Assembly (NCBI GenBank): GCA_964016885.1 | Contig: OZ024740.1 | Span: forward strand, 271,560,001 to 271,624,000 | Length of the DNA: 64,000 bases | Direction: 5' to 3' | Source of the DNA: Eledone cirrhosa | Lineage: Eukaryota | In this document: in pieces, positions 1 through 14,500 of the stretch | Layout: each line of letters starts with the position of its first letter | How positions within the stretch are numbered: position 1 is the stretch's first letter | Made by a program: the position numbers and the translations under genes | Notes under the pieces: generated by a model | What the model was told of the DNA's origin: nothing | Seen by the model: only the letters and a program-made list of their open reading frames with translations | The model's database searches: none

Positions 1-273
1 AATATTAAAAGAATCTTCAAATAAGCTTACCATATATACTGGAATATAAGCCAAGGAATATGTGACCAAAAAATAAAGTCAATCGGGCTATTATATGCCA
101 TTTAATCAACGTGTTAATTAATTGCTTCAGCTTATAAACAGTGTTTGGAATTTTGCCCAATTCAGTCGTAAAAATGTGGGGGGGGGGGGGGGGGGGGGCA
201 GCAGCTTCAATTCTAGTATATACAGTACATTCCAATTGAGAATAAATTATACAAGATAGGAATTTGATAAAGT

Positions 274-460
274 CTAAATACTTTGTTCTATATCAATTTT
301 GTGTTGTACAACCCTAAACATTTTAGTGTATGCAGCATCTAGTTTCTTCTCAAGTGCTTGTATCAGAGTCCATGTACCTAATTCATACAGCAATGCTGGC
401 TCAACAGATGTTCTGAAGAATGATATTTTGATTATTCTGGGTAGATTTGACACCACACCC
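274..460 (-). mobile_element. RTE-like LINE fragment; its downstream part lies on the plus strand at about 470-517 and 1233-1320, split by the CR1 insertion
   Basis: FRTSVEPALLY..TWTL...KKLDAAYTKMFR (minus); NESLYGNLP | ITTIVQRQLRFARHYWRSKQEVI (plus). Confidence 0.6.
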
Positions 461-517
461 TTTCCATTTTGTATAATTCTAGTGCCAATGAAAGTTTATA
501 TGGAAACTTGCCCAATT

Positions 518-1232
518 TGCGTTGGACAAAGCACGTCTCTAAGATTGTCAAGAAGGCCAAGGGTGTCTTGGCATCACTCAGCAAGACCTTTGTCAGCCGC
601 TCTCCAGCCATCTATTTAAAGCTGTATACAGCTATGGTACGACCACACTTGGAATTCGCATCATCAGTCTGGAAGCCTTATCTTGCTCAGAACATTGACC
701 TCCTGGAAACTGTTCAGAGACGTGCAACCAAGCGCATGCCCTCATCAGACACCTACCATACTCTGAACACCTTGCTTCCCTGGGCATGGATTCATTGAAG
801 CTCCGACGTCTGGCAATGGACTTGGTAAACACCCACAAAATTATTAACCATCTCGCCAACAACAACCCTGAGCACCTTTTTGATCTCCATGTGTCTAACA
901 CACGTGGACATGCCTACAAAGTCAGAAAACAGCACAGCTCCCATGACTTTCGGAAACATTTTTTCACGCTTAGAGTTGCTGAAGCATGGAACAAACTGCC
1001 TGTGTCAGTTGTTAGCTGCTGAGACACTGCATCCTTTAAAACCCTTATGCTTCCCGAAATTCGCCAAAACTACACCTGATGTCCCCCTTCCATACACATG
1101 CACACACGTGTATATCATGACTCATGCACTGTTCATTTTCCTGACGTTTGTACGTTACCCTATGTACTATACATACACTTTTGATGAGTTGTAGTGCATC
1201 TGAGCACTGTACACAATATTTTCATTATTATT
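518..1232 (+). mobile_element. 5'-truncated CR1-clade LINE with (ATT)n tail
   Basis: VRPHLEFASSVWKPY...LETVQRRATK; LKLRRLAMDL; TRGHAYK; RKHFFTLRVAEAWNKLP, typical CR1 ORF2 C-terminus. Confidence 0.88.
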
Positions 1233-1371
1233 ATAACTACAATTGTTCAAAGACAGTTACGATTTGCACGGCATTACTGGAGAAGTAAGCAGGAAGTTAT
1301 ATGCGAGAACCAACTCATTGGTACCAACACCAGTAATTCACCGAATCACATTATTTATTTATATATATATA

Positions 1372-1590
1372 TAGGAACGATCGACATTCGCCAAATCGGA
1401 ACGAGGAAACAAGGTTTCCATTGGTCTTTCCATTTGCTAATACTATCTATCGGTCGCAACTCCAGGTAGAAGGTGCAACGTGAAATAAAGTGTCTTGCTC
1501 AAAGACATAACGTATCACCTGGTCCAGGAATCAAACTCACAACCTCACGATTGCGAATCCAATTCTCTAACCATTCAGCCACGCGCCTTC

Positions 1591-1592
<2 letters not shown>
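1372..1592 (-). mobile_element. tRNA-derived SINE, third family (copy at about 32990-33200)
   Basis: Minus head gaaggcgcgtggctgaatggttagag...gagtttgattcctggacc; shared tgagcaagacactttatttcac body. Confidence 0.7.
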
Positions 1593-1639
<47 letters not shown>

Positions 1640-1937
1640 GATCTTTATCAAGTAACTATGTTTTAATTTTTTGTTAAATTTTAAGATGATATTCTATGAA
1701 TGATGCAATCTTACATTCTGTGCAGATTGTCTCTAGTTTAAGTTTGATGTATCTTGATATACACCTATGTGTGTATAGATATATTTCATTCACTTTTTTT
1801 ATAATGATTGAATGCTCAATTTTATTCTCTGAATTTTTTCTGAGATGTTTTAAGAGACAAGACATATGTTTGATTTTATATCAATCAAGACATCCTTAAC
1901 TTTGAATGTAATTATATATATATATATAATAGTAATA

Positions 1938-2272
1938 TATGTGAACAGCAAAGCATAAATGAACTAAGTGAGAAATTAGGAGTAAGAGGGATCAGATGCT
2001 GTTTACTCGAGAGAAGACTGCGTTGGTATGGTCACGTGATGCGCATGAAAGACGACACCACCTTCAGCGCCCAGGTCTCACTACCATGCAACACCGCTGT
2101 TCGGATACACGCATCATACAGTCTGCCTTTCATTTTGAGGGAGAAGCCTTTTGCAGCTAGCAGTGGTAGTAGTTTCCTAAACTTCTTCCATCCCGTTCTT
2201 ACCCTAGTTATTGTACTTTCTGAACACCCACCTCCGCTGCTAATTCGGTCACCTAGGTAGCAGAAGCTGTCT
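1938..2272. mobile_element. RTE LINE fragments joined in inverted orientation
   Basis: Plus part encodes [15 protein letters not shown]; from about 2058 the minus part encodes upstream RTE sequence (GWKKFRKLLPLL). Confidence 0.75.
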
Positions 2273-2869
2273 AGGCACTAACATGTATTTTACTTGGAAT
2301 AAGGTATGGATTGGTATCAAGAAGGGCTTCTAGCCAGGAAAAAAAAAAAAAAAAAAAAATTGCTGAAAAATGATCTTGTCTAATCCATGCAAGAATGAAA
2401 AAATGGACATAAAACAATGATGATGTTGAATATAATATAATATTGTATCATCATTTAACGTCTGCTTTCCTTGCTAGCAAGGGTTGGACAGGTCTACATA
2501 GACCAAGTCAGTACTGAAGTAAGGCTACTAATCTCGCATACAAGCCACCAGAGATTTGTATATACAAGGGAGGGCTGAGAAGTTCATATGCTGACAATGA
2601 CGGAGTGATGCAAGAGCTGTGAAACTTTGCATGCATTAATTTCAACTTTTCTTAATAACTGCATTGTTTCTTTCCAGGGACTATGTTGAAAAATAAACCT
2701 CATTTTGTCATTCCATGAGCATCTTGGTCAGCCTATGTACTTTTCTGCCATATTATTATTATCATCATAAGCAGTACTGTGATTCTGAAGAATAGATTCT
2801 TTTGGTTTTGACATTCATGGAAATATCATCTGTTGATTTCCTCATAAAAACAACAAACAATCAACTTAC

Positions 2870-2918
2870 CACTTGGTTTAAAATATCTTCCAATTCTTCT
2901 TCTTCAGGATTCTTGGAA
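2870..2918 (-). CDS. CUL1: CUL1 coding exon 10
   Basis: [16 protein letters not shown]; CAG/GTAAGT; 49 nt. Confidence 0.92.
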
Positions 2919-5142
2919 CTGAAAAGAGCATGAAACATTATATAAGCTGATGTTATAGCCAGATCTGCTGTAATCAAACTGGCATTTTGTTCATCATTCA
3001 AAGATACTTTAGGTGCTCTAGCCATCCCCATTTCTTTTTAGACCTAATATATCTTGGACTGTCATCTAATTTGTCTCTTCTAAAATGGTAGAGTATGATT
3101 TGATAAAAATATGACTTGAGGGAGAAACTGTGTTTAAGAGAAATGAGAAGTGGTGTGCAAGAGAAAAGACTGTATTGGTATGGACATGTGATGCATGATG
3201 ATAATGATTGAAGGGTGAAGAAGTGCAAGGAAATCCCAGTAAAAGGAAGCCACCATAGAGGTAGACTGAGGTCGACCTGGGCAGAGGTGGTAAGAAACCG
3301 ATCCCAAATCACTGAAACTAACAGGAGAGATAATGAAGGAATGCAGTGAATAGAGAGATGATGTGCTGAAAAGGACTCATCCAACCCATGCATATGTGGA
3401 AAAGTAGACATAAAAACAATAATGATGATGATAATGAGGATGATGATGATAATGATGATTCTTTCTATAGATAAGTGATACACAGAAACTTCCTCATTGG
3501 TTCAACATTATTCTACAAAGAGAATTTAATTGAGCAGTGATTGTTTTTTTAACCTATTGATATGGCTGTGTTGTTAATATGTTTGATTATAATGTCTTGT
3601 ACTTTACAAGAGTGAAAAGGCAAAAGCAGCTTTGCTATAACAGTAAACATTTTATAAAGAAAGGAAGTAAACATTTCATAAAGGAAGGAAGTCAACATTT
3701 CATAAAGGAAGGAAGTAAACATTTCATAAAGGAAGAAGCCATAAAGGAAGAAGCCATGAAGGAGGAAGATCAAGAAAGATCTGAGCAAAGGTGGTGATAG
3801 CTGATTTCAAGATGCTGAACCTCACAAAGGAGATGAAAGAGAAAAGTGCAAAGAAAAACAAATGTAAAAATACTAACAATTGTTTCTACTTTTGGCACAA
3901 GGCCAGCAACTACCCAGTGTATTACTGGTACTTTATTTTATCGACCCCGTAAGGATGAAAGGCAAAGTTAACCTTGGCGGGATTTGAACTCAGAATAGCA
4001 AGGGCAGTAACTCTATCCGTCAAAGCATGGCGTCCGACCCTCTACCGATACTGCCAAAATAATGGTTTCCGATTCAAGCACATTGAGGCTAACAATTTGG
4101 AGAGAGGAGAAAGCCGATTAAAATCGACCCCAGTGCATTATTGATACTTTATTTTATCGACCCCATAAGGATGAAAGGCAAAGCTAACTTCAGCAGGATT
4201 TGAACTCAGAATATAAAGGAATGAAACTATATGCTGCAAAGCATATTTCCTGATGCTCCACTGCCCTTCATGATAGTAAATAATGATAAAAGAAAGAAAT
4301 TATGATAATAAATCATAAATAAATAGATGTCTCAAGTAATCATCTCGATATATAAACTAAATGACTAATTCTAGTTTTTCAAAAAATCAATGGAGACAAC
4401 CTAGAAAAATTACAAATTTTCAACAAAAAAAAAAAATAAATAAATAAAAAACACTTATTCCAACCACACCCACCCCCCTATTATTTGTAACCCGACAGTA
4501 CAAAAAGTAAAAAACAATATTACCTCTTTTTCAGTAGTAGATCACAGTATCTGGCCAATAGTTCAGGGGATTTTTTTGAATTTTCCTTCTTAGTAACATA
4601 ATTGTCGTTAATGAATTTACCACAAGCCTGGAGAATAAAGAAGTTTCCAGTATTTAGAATGGTGTATAGAAGCAATTAACAATCAATATAATCTGCAAAA
4701 TAGCAACTAATAATTCAATAAAAACATCATGTGTTCATCTACAGACCAAAGAAGCTCTCAGTAATGCTAATTTGGATTGAATGTTTTTCTAGAGAGTTAT
4801 AAAGGATTCAATATAAAGATCAAATGTAAATCTATTCAGAGAGCAATCATAAACAAACAAAAAAAACTTGATTACCATATTTCCCCGGCACTGAAGACGC
4901 ACCCTAATTTTAACAACCAAAAATTTTTTTTAAATAATAAACAACCTTCGGCCTCCAGGATGCATGGTAGAATTTTGAGACTTATTTTAGGGGAAATAGG
5001 GTATGTATGTATTTATGTAAAATTTCTATAACTGGTCATATTTATATATTATATGTATACTTTTTGTGTTCATATGAATATATAGATATATATATACTAA
5101 TATAATAGCCTTGTAATTTGTCCGTAATACAGTAAAGATGAC

Positions 5143-5193
<51 letters not shown>

Positions 5194-5503
5194 AAAATTA
5201 AGATAGATTAAAAGAATTCAATCAGAATCGAAATTATGGGTGTCATTCCTTAACGGAATGCGCCATATCGCCCGGAAAATAAGCTCTAGGACTTTGTAAG
5301 TACGAGCATTTTAATAACTAGGAATTGATCAACATATATATAAATAAATATAAACATGAAAAATCACAGGAGATAATTTTTACAAGCGTGTAACCACGCA
5401 TGGTTACATGCTTGTAAAAATTGGGGTCTTACTTGTTCCTATTACCCACTCTACTACCCTAAGTATTGAGTACTTTGGTGCGTTCCTTACCACATTTCCT
5501 TCG

Positions 5504-5537
<34 letters not shown>

Positions 5538-8500
5538 ATACACACACGCACATGCAAGCTCAACATATGCATATGTGAATATGTTTAAATGCTCATTAAA
5601 TTCAATCCAACTAGATTTTACAACGAGATGTTAAAACAGAATTGTTTGCTGATATTCTACACCACATACATAGTTTTGTGTTCGCTACTAATGATTTTAA
5701 TGCTTCACAGACAGACACAGCTGTTTAAATGTCAATTTGAAAAACAAAAGGTAAACTTACTTTATCTAATGCTGCAACAAAGCCAGAATCATTGTTGAAA
5801 GCCTCACTAACTAACTTGTTGTATTTTACATGAACATTAAGAATAGTCTGTACATAGGTTTTGGGGTCCTGAAAATAAAGAAAAAATTAAATATAGAAAA
5901 AATAAAAATATAGAAAAAATAAAAATAAAGAAAAGAATCATCCTGTTATTAAGTCTAAAAGGCTATCTCAAACCCGGAAGCTTATCAAGCCGGTGCTTAT
6001 CCTGGTTTCCGTGGCATGAAGCGACAGAGTATAAACTACACACCAGGACAGGATACAAGTTCATGACAGGGTTAAACACCCCAGCTATTGCTGGTACTCA
6101 TTTTCGGCTGAGTATACTGGAGTAACATGAAATGAAGTGCTTTGCTCAAGAACACAACACACAACCCAGTCAAGGAATCGAACCCAAAACATAATGATTA
6201 TAAGTCTAAGACCCTTACCACGAGGCAACACACCTCCTTTTACAAAGTACATCCTATGAAACAAGGATGATATAGTTATGACTCTAGACAAAATTCACTT
6301 CAGTTTCTTTCGATTTGCAGAGGCATCAAGTTGATGGACCAAGTCATGATGTTTACTGAAAGGATTATAGCACAACTAATTAACAAATCAAGTTAGAAGT
6401 GAAGTTCGGTTTTATGCTATTGAGTCACAATAGGATAGATGTTAAATGATGATGATCTTCAAGGGTGGGCTGAAAAGTTCACAAGCTGACTATGAAGGAG
6501 TGGTGTAAGAGCTGTGAAATCTTGCATGTATTAATTTCAGCTTTTCTTCTTAATAACTGTATTGTTTTTTACTGGGGACTATTGAAAAGTAAACCTCATT
6601 TGGTTACTCCATGAGAGTATCTTGATCAGTATATGAACTTTTCAACCAACCCTTGTAGGAAGACCCAGAAAATTGGGCCTTTGAACAAAAATACCTTATG
6701 GTATTTAGTTACATCCCTTTCCACCAATGTCAACTTGCCTCTCATCATTTACAAGATGACTAAAGTACAATGACTGAAAAAGGATAAAGAAATATATGAG
6801 AAAGGATAATAAGAAATAATGAAGAAAACATGACACTTACATTCACAGCCATTTCTCCACATTTCTCAATTGCAGCAAGACCTTGGTTGTAGATATGATT
6901 CTTTAAAAAAATACGTAATTCTCCTAGGCCATCCTTTATTCGAGATACCAACTGATACATCCGTCTTAAATCTGAAATGAATATGGAAAAAAGCCCTCTT
7001 TTTAACAACAGTTACTTAATTCAGTTTGTACATAATAATAATATTGATCATAATATTAATAATATTGATCTCCTGTTCATTATTTACATGAACAGGATTG
7101 ACATGTGCAGCTGGGTTAGAAGTGGTATCATGACTAGAGGGTGTAAAATCAGTCAGCTGGAATTTGCTGACATAGTATTACTTAATTTGACAGAAGATGA
7201 TCTTCGACTTGCATTTGATAGGTTTGATTCCCAGTGCTGCATGGCTGGAATGAAAATCAGTGCTGCGAAAACTGAGACACTCGTCCTCTCAAAGAAGCCT
7301 GCACATTGCATGCTACACGTGAATGGAGTTCCACTGAAGCAGGTAAAGAAGTTCAAGTATCTCAGGGCCTGTTCATGAGTGATGGAAGGCAGGAGGCTGA
7401 ATTAAGTGCAAGAATTGCAAAAGCTGGTACAGTAATGTACCAGCTTCAGCATTCAGAAGAAAGGAGGTAGGCGTAGAAGCCAAACTCGCTGTCTTTTATT
7501 CAGTTTTTGTGCCAACCCTTACCTATGGTCATGAATCTTGGGTAATGACCAAAAGAATATGATCGCAAATACAAGTGACCAAAATGGGATTCCTTCGAAG
7601 GGTTTTTGGAGTACTGTTACTAGATAGAGGTGCGTAGCTCAGAGATCAAAGAGTCACTCCAGGTAGAGCCGCCACTTCTCTGAATTGAGAGATCACAGTT
7701 CCAATACTATGGACATGTGGTTAGAATGTCTCAGGAAAGAATCGCTGGACAGATTTTGCAGGCAAAACCAACCAGCAGGAGACCCAAGGGGTAGAGCCCT
7801 AGCAAGATGATTGGATAACATCCCTGAGCTTGACTGGTCTCGCTTGGGGATCCAGCCAGATCAGTTGGAGACGGTTGCTTCTGACAAGACCCGCTGGAGG
7901 GATTGTTTGAGGACTCTGCCCCCACGACACTCAGGAATAAGTGGGCGAAGAAGATATTAATTTACTTTTCAATTTACATATATCTATATGCATATATATT
8001 TGTGTATAATATCAATATGCACACTACATATGCTAATTAGAAAACCACCTGGAGGGTAGTTTTCTGCTAGTTAATTTAATAATTGTTTCTATTGTTGGCA
8101 CAAGGCCAGCAAATTACCCAGTGTATTACTGGTACTTTATTTTATCGACCCCGTAAGGATGAAAGGCAAAGTTAACCTCGGCGGGATTTGAACTCAGAAT
8201 GGCAAGGGCCGTAACTCAATGCGTCAAAGCATGGCGTCCGACACTCTACCGATACTGCCAATCCACCGCTAGTTAATTTAATAATGACACGAGTTAAGAT
8301 ACAATTACAGTCATAAATAATGTGACTTACCTTCATTCTTGTCATCCTTCAACAAATTTTGGAATTCAATGTGAAAAAGGTCAATGTGATTTTCTATCAA
8401 TGTTTTCTCACACATATATGATAAAGCATTTAGTGTAGTTAAGTGAAGATAAAGTTGAACACGGTTATGTTCTTCTGTGAGTCTGGTCTCAGCCTGAAAT

Positions 8501-11500
8501 AAAAGAGTAATATAATATAAGGTGTGCACATGAAATCATTATCATAACCAATTTTTAATGGATATGTTTATCTATATTTCTTTTTATTCTCTATATCAGC
8601 ATTTGTTAATCTTTATGTGGAACCTTGATTCATGAACTTAATCCATTCCTGAAGGTTATTCGTCACCCAAAATGTTCATAAACTGAAACAATTTTTCCCA
8701 TACGAAATGTTGAGAGAGAAATACAGTGAGAAAGAGAGACTGTGTGTGAAAGACAGATAGATATCACCAAAGTAACTAACTACACAGCAAATGATGCTTT
8801 CTTGTCAATACATCCAACTTGCCGATAAACATTGTTGCCAATTTTCGTGTTCCTTACTCAAGACATCATTCATGAACGAAGAAATTTTAACCCTTTAATA
8901 TTCAAACCGGCCAAAATTATCTGCCTCTTCCTGTTGAAACTGACTGTAACTGGTCGCTCAAACTGATGTTAAGGTATTGTTCTCAAAATAAATACTTTCA
9001 AAATCTCATAGATTCGATATTATATGAGATAATTATGCGAGGTAAAGCCTTTACCATGAAAATATAATAGTATATATAGAGCAATGTGAATGCTAAAGGG
9101 TTAAGTTCAGAATTGTTTGTGAACCAAGGTTCCACTGTATGTGGAATATAGATTTTTTTTTAAAAATGAATGCTTAAATCTGTAACATTAAAAAGTGAAA
9201 GACAAAATTTTAATTCCTTTCTGGATAAGAAGTCTCTCATGTAACGTTTCTAAGAAAAATATGGTAGTTGTTCTTCACAGCTCGATAAACTGAAGAAATA
9301 TACAATTCAGTGACTCACTCAAATGTACAACAAACAAAAACAGCTATTTCAAATATTAACTCAACTCATCATCATCATCATCATTTTACGTCCGCTTTTC
9401 CATGTTTGCAAAGGTGGGATGGGAACTGATTCTGGCTTGGTTGCTACAGCTGGATGCCCTTCCTAACACCAACCTCATTTACAGTGAGTGCTGGGTGCTT
9501 TTTTTCCGTGGCACCTCCACGTCCACTTTACAGTGTGGGCCGGGTGCTTTTTTTGCCATGGCACCTCCATGACCACTTTGCAGTGGAATGATAGGAACCC
9601 CAGTCCTATCACCTCATTTCTACAGCTGAGTAAACTGGAGCAATGTGAAATAAAGTGTCTTGCTCAAGGAAACAGCACATCACCCGGTCTGAGAATTGAA
9701 CTCACAACTTTTCGATTGCAAGGCCAATGCTCTAACCACTAAGCCATGTGCCTCCATAACTCAGAAGCTAGTAATCCAAACCTAATCATTTGGTCATTTC
9801 ACACAATAAACAAAACCCAATATATGCTGTACAGCGGTTGCTGATAGAAAGGGTATCCGGCCATAGAAAGCTTGCCAAACAAAAGGTTGGGAGGACACTC
9901 AGTTGTGTCAAAGACATAACAACCTCCCCTGAGTACTCGGTAAAATATGAGACCATATATAAACGAGATGACAGATCTTTGGCTTGTCTGGGAGATCAGT
10001 AGCCACAGCTTCAGTACTGACTTGGTCTATGTATACCCGTCCAACCCTTGCTAGCCGGGAAAGCAGATGTTAAAACGATAATGATGATGACCTCTACCAT
10101 CCCATTACAATAGCTGTAACAGTCATGTTAAGTTTGTCAAAGATTTAAAGCAAACAGGGAATTATATGACTGCATTACAGCTTTAGTGCCTCAAATATCA
10201 AGCTACCAAATGAGACTTAAATGGTACATGGTTATATCAGCAAACAATCTAATCGTGCATGTGTTGAACTTTTGAATCATTTAAGCTGACCCTACAACAC
10301 ACAAATTTAATAGTATAACTCCTCAACAATCTAGAAGTTTGTTGGCCAAGATTAACCCTTTCATGACCACATTTCTAATGAAATACACTATTTTAATTAA
10401 TGGAGAATTTTGAACAGTTTACAAAAATTATTAATTATTTCATTACAAAGGCAGCAACTTAATGTAAAGTTCTTATATAAAATTATGTTGGAAGATTTTA
10501 ATTTAGATTGGAAACCTTTAAAATGGGTGGTTTTATTATATAGAGCCAGAACTGGTTTAGGCTGGGTTGTTAACAAAAGGGTTAAAAGCTACTTACTTTG
10601 CGTCAACAACAATAAAATTGGGACAGAGGAGCTGATGAAAAAAATCATCTTACCTTCTTCATATACTCAGTTATAGGATTTTGCTCCAAGAACGTTTTAC
10701 TTTCTCTTGTATAAAATTCTTTAGTGTCTTCTATGAAAGGTGTTTCAAAGTTTTCTTTATATACATCTAATGCTGGTCCCTTAATTGAGGAATCTTCTTC
10801 ACTTAAACCAAGGGCAACTAAATAAGAAAACGTTTATAAAAACAAAGTGTTAAATCTTTGATATAAAATAAGAGTAAATACAGCAACAATAGCTACCAGA
10901 GAATTTATTACTGTATTTGCCGGCCTATTGGATCCACTTCTTTTCCCTCAAAACATAAAAAAATCTTCCTTACGTCCAATACGCCCATATCACTGATGGG
11001 AGGCTGAATGGAGGGCGAGGACAATCATGGTTAAAATATTTAGTTTGTATTACTATTTGTATTACTAATACAATAATTGTTTCTATTTTAGGCACAAGGC
11101 CAGCAATTACCCAGTACATTACTGGTACTTAATACAATAATACAATACAATTTATAAAAGTAAAATGATGTCGAACTTATATAAGTTTCTGAAAAAAAAA
11201 ATGAATTTAAAATAAATTTATGAATAAATGTACTAAAATTCTTTTTTTCTAAAAATCCTTGTAAAACCAGGGGCATCATATACGAAGGGGCATCCAATAG
11301 GCCAGCAAATACAGTAACTTGAATAATTTCATGTACCCATACATAACTTAAGCAATAAATAAAACATACATAGCTAAAGAGAAATTCCAATTTTACCTTC
11401 TAACTAATTTTGGTCTTCAACCTACCAAAATCCCACACAGTATATTCTTAAGATTCAAACTGATTCTCAAACACTTTTTTGTCTTATGTTAATCTCAAAA

Positions 11501-14500
11501 GTAAGAACTTTTCCACATCTCTCACTTCATCATCATCACCATTTAATATCTATTTTCCATGCTTGCATAAATCAATATTCACATTCGTGTATACAAGATA
11601 ATCGATGTCAACTTTGCCTTTCATCCATTTAAGGTCGATAAAAAAAGTACCAGTCTAATACTGTGGCTGATTCTTCCTCTACATCATTCTCACTTCCATT
11701 CTCTCACTCTCTCTGTCCTTCTCTAGAAGAAATCTACTGTATTCAGACCTGGAGAAGAGATGAGCTTTGCGAAGGTTTAAAAATGTCCTAGAAATGCCAT
11801 GTCAATATGGCACCCCTATGACCCCTTCAGGAGTTACAGGTCCATACATATACTAAGGCAAGAAATGATGACCATCATATGCATTTTATCATTTTTTTTT
11901 ATTTATATTTTGCATTGGTTTGGCCTGAAAGGAGCAGGTTGCTCAGCCAACTTAGACCAATGAGAACAATGCAGTTAAAGTTCATTTTAAACAGTTGCTC
12001 TGTTTATTATTGTTACAAATTAAAAACCAATTCAATTTTAGTATTACTCCATCAATCAACTAGTCCATTGCACCATCACTTCTACAATCCCCTTAACTAC
12101 ACACATATAGGAACACATCTTTAGGGATATGATACCATATCATATACAAGGCTTACAGAAAGTACAAACATATCATAAGACTGAAAAATTAAACTCAATT
12201 GCATTTTGAGTTTACACACAGATAAACCTCACATTATATATATATATATATATAATATAGTGCTGGTGGCACAAATAAAAGCACCCAGTCCATGCTGTAA
12301 AGTGGCGCTGGTGTTAGGAAGGGCATCCAACCAGTGTATCAATGCCAAAAAGCTTATCAGCACAGCAACAAAACAGCAGAGGAAAATATGAAGACGTCGC
12401 ATCTCAGAGTTGCAACACTTAATGTTGGCACTCTCAGAGGTAGATCTGCTGAAATAGCGGAGATGCTGGAGAGAAGGCAGGTGGATGTGTGCTGCGTGCA
12501 AGAGGTGAGATGGAGAGGTGCCTCTGCGAGACTAGTCGTAGGCAAGCGTCTTAGCTATAAGCTATTCTGGGTAGGTAAGGATGATGGGTTAGGGGGAGTA
12601 GGCATTTTCCTGGCTGAGAAATGGATCAATAAGACAATAGAGGTAGTTCGAGTTAGTAATCGAATAATTAAGCTTAGATTAGTTGTAGGTAGGAGACTAC
12701 TGACAATCATCTCGGTCTATGCTCCCCAAGCAGGCCTAGGCAAAGATGAGAAAGACTGCTTTTATGAGCAACTTTTGCAAACAACCACAATGACAGAGGA
12801 CGGAGACATCGTTATGCTAGCAGGAGACTTCAATGGTCATGTTGGACAGCTCCAGGATGGTTACACTGGAGTACATGGTGGGCACGGTTACGGTTCAAGA
12901 AATGAAGGAGTGAGACTTCTTGAATTTTGTGATGCGAGTACATTGACTATTTGCAACACAAACTTCCAGAAACCTGCCAATCACCTAATAACCTACAAAT
13001 CTGGTGAGCACATAAGCCAGATTGACTTCCTGCTAGTTAGGCAGTGGGACAGGCAGATAGTGTCTAATACTAAGGCATACCCTGGGGAAGAATGTACCCC
13101 ACAGCATAGGTTAGTTGTTAGTGATATCTCAGTAAGCAAGAGATGGAATGAGACATATAGGAAGGTGTGGAGAAGAAAGGTCTGGAAGCTAAAAGACCTT
13201 TCACTAAAATACAAATTTAGGAAAGCCCTTCAAGATGTATATGACGAAAAAGAAGACGATTTAGAGACGTATGACATAGATAATAACTGGAAGTTCTTAC
13301 GTGACAACTTGCTGCAGGCTACTGATGAAACCTGTGGCTGGAGCAGAGCTCCAACCAGACAGAGAGTGACCTGGTGGTGGAACAGCACAGTAGATAAGGC
13401 TATTAGAGACAAAAGACTAGCATGGAAGGCTTGGAAAAAGGGTGGGAGTAGGGAAGAATATACAGCCACTAAGAGAGAAGCTAGACGTTAGGTGTACTTA
13501 GCACGCAGGGAGGCAGAGAGTAGGAGGTTTGCCAATGTTCTGCGACGGGAAGATCAGAGGCGTGCGGTGTTCCACATTGCAAGGCAGTGTGTCAATGCAA
13601 ATCAGGATGTTGTTGGAGATAAATGTGTCCGGGATGATGCTGGTGTACTTAGTGTCACGAATGACCAGAAAAAGGAGGCCTGGAAATGTCATTATGAGAG
13701 AGTGATGAATGTGGAGAACGAATGGGAGAGAGAGAAATTACCCTTGGTAGATCCGACAGAGAGACCAGCTATTGAGATTGACGAATATAGGGTCCAAGAG
13801 GCGATTAGGGAAATGAAAAATGGTAAGGCGGCCGGACCATCGGGAATAGTTGCTGAGATGCTGAAGGCATCAGGGGACGTAGGCACTAAACTGGTTGCAC
13901 GCATCATCAATCAGGCTATGTATGGTGGTGTCATACCCAAAGACTGGTGCAGCAGTATTTTCATAAATTGCTACAAAGGTTAAGGGGATGCTCTGATTAG
14001 GAGCAATTATAGGGGTATAAAACTGATGGATCAGGTTATGAAAGTGGCAGAAAGGATTTTAGCACAACTAATTAGAGAAAGGGTCAAACTAGATGAGATG
14101 CAGTTTGGTTTTGTGCCTGGGAAGAGTACAACAGATGCCCTCTTCTTGGTGAGACAAATGCAAGAGAGGTTCTTAGAGAAGAATAAGCCACTATACTTAG
14201 CCTTTGTTGACCTAGAGAAGGCCTTTGATAGGGTACCCCGATCTGTCATCTGGTGGTCCCTAAGGAAGCTAGGTGTTGAGGAATGGCTTGTGAGGACAGT
14301 GCAAACTTTGTACAGAGGTACTCTCAGTAAAGTCAGGGTAGGAATGGAGTTTAGTGAGGAATTCCAGATACAAGTAGGAGTACATCAGCGTTCGGTCCTC
14401 AGCCCGCTCTTGTTCATTATAGTCCTCCAAGCCATAACAGAGGAGTTTAAGACTGGCTGTCCATGGGAACTTCTCTATGCTGACGATCTGGCTCTTATAG

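Noticed and set aside
178-198. G-quadruplex or regulatory poly-G (also 21956-21973 and 32545-32565)
   Set aside because: These are homopolymer runs inside repeats, and their length is likely error-prone.
1-2869. Next CUL1 exon (expected to begin M.VFKYIEDKDVF)
   Set aside because: I found no matching sequence by eye; it presumably lies left of the window.
3549-3797. KHFIKEGS-repeat protein
   Set aside because: It is a 24-bp tandem repeat in a CUL1 intron, with no splice or homology support.
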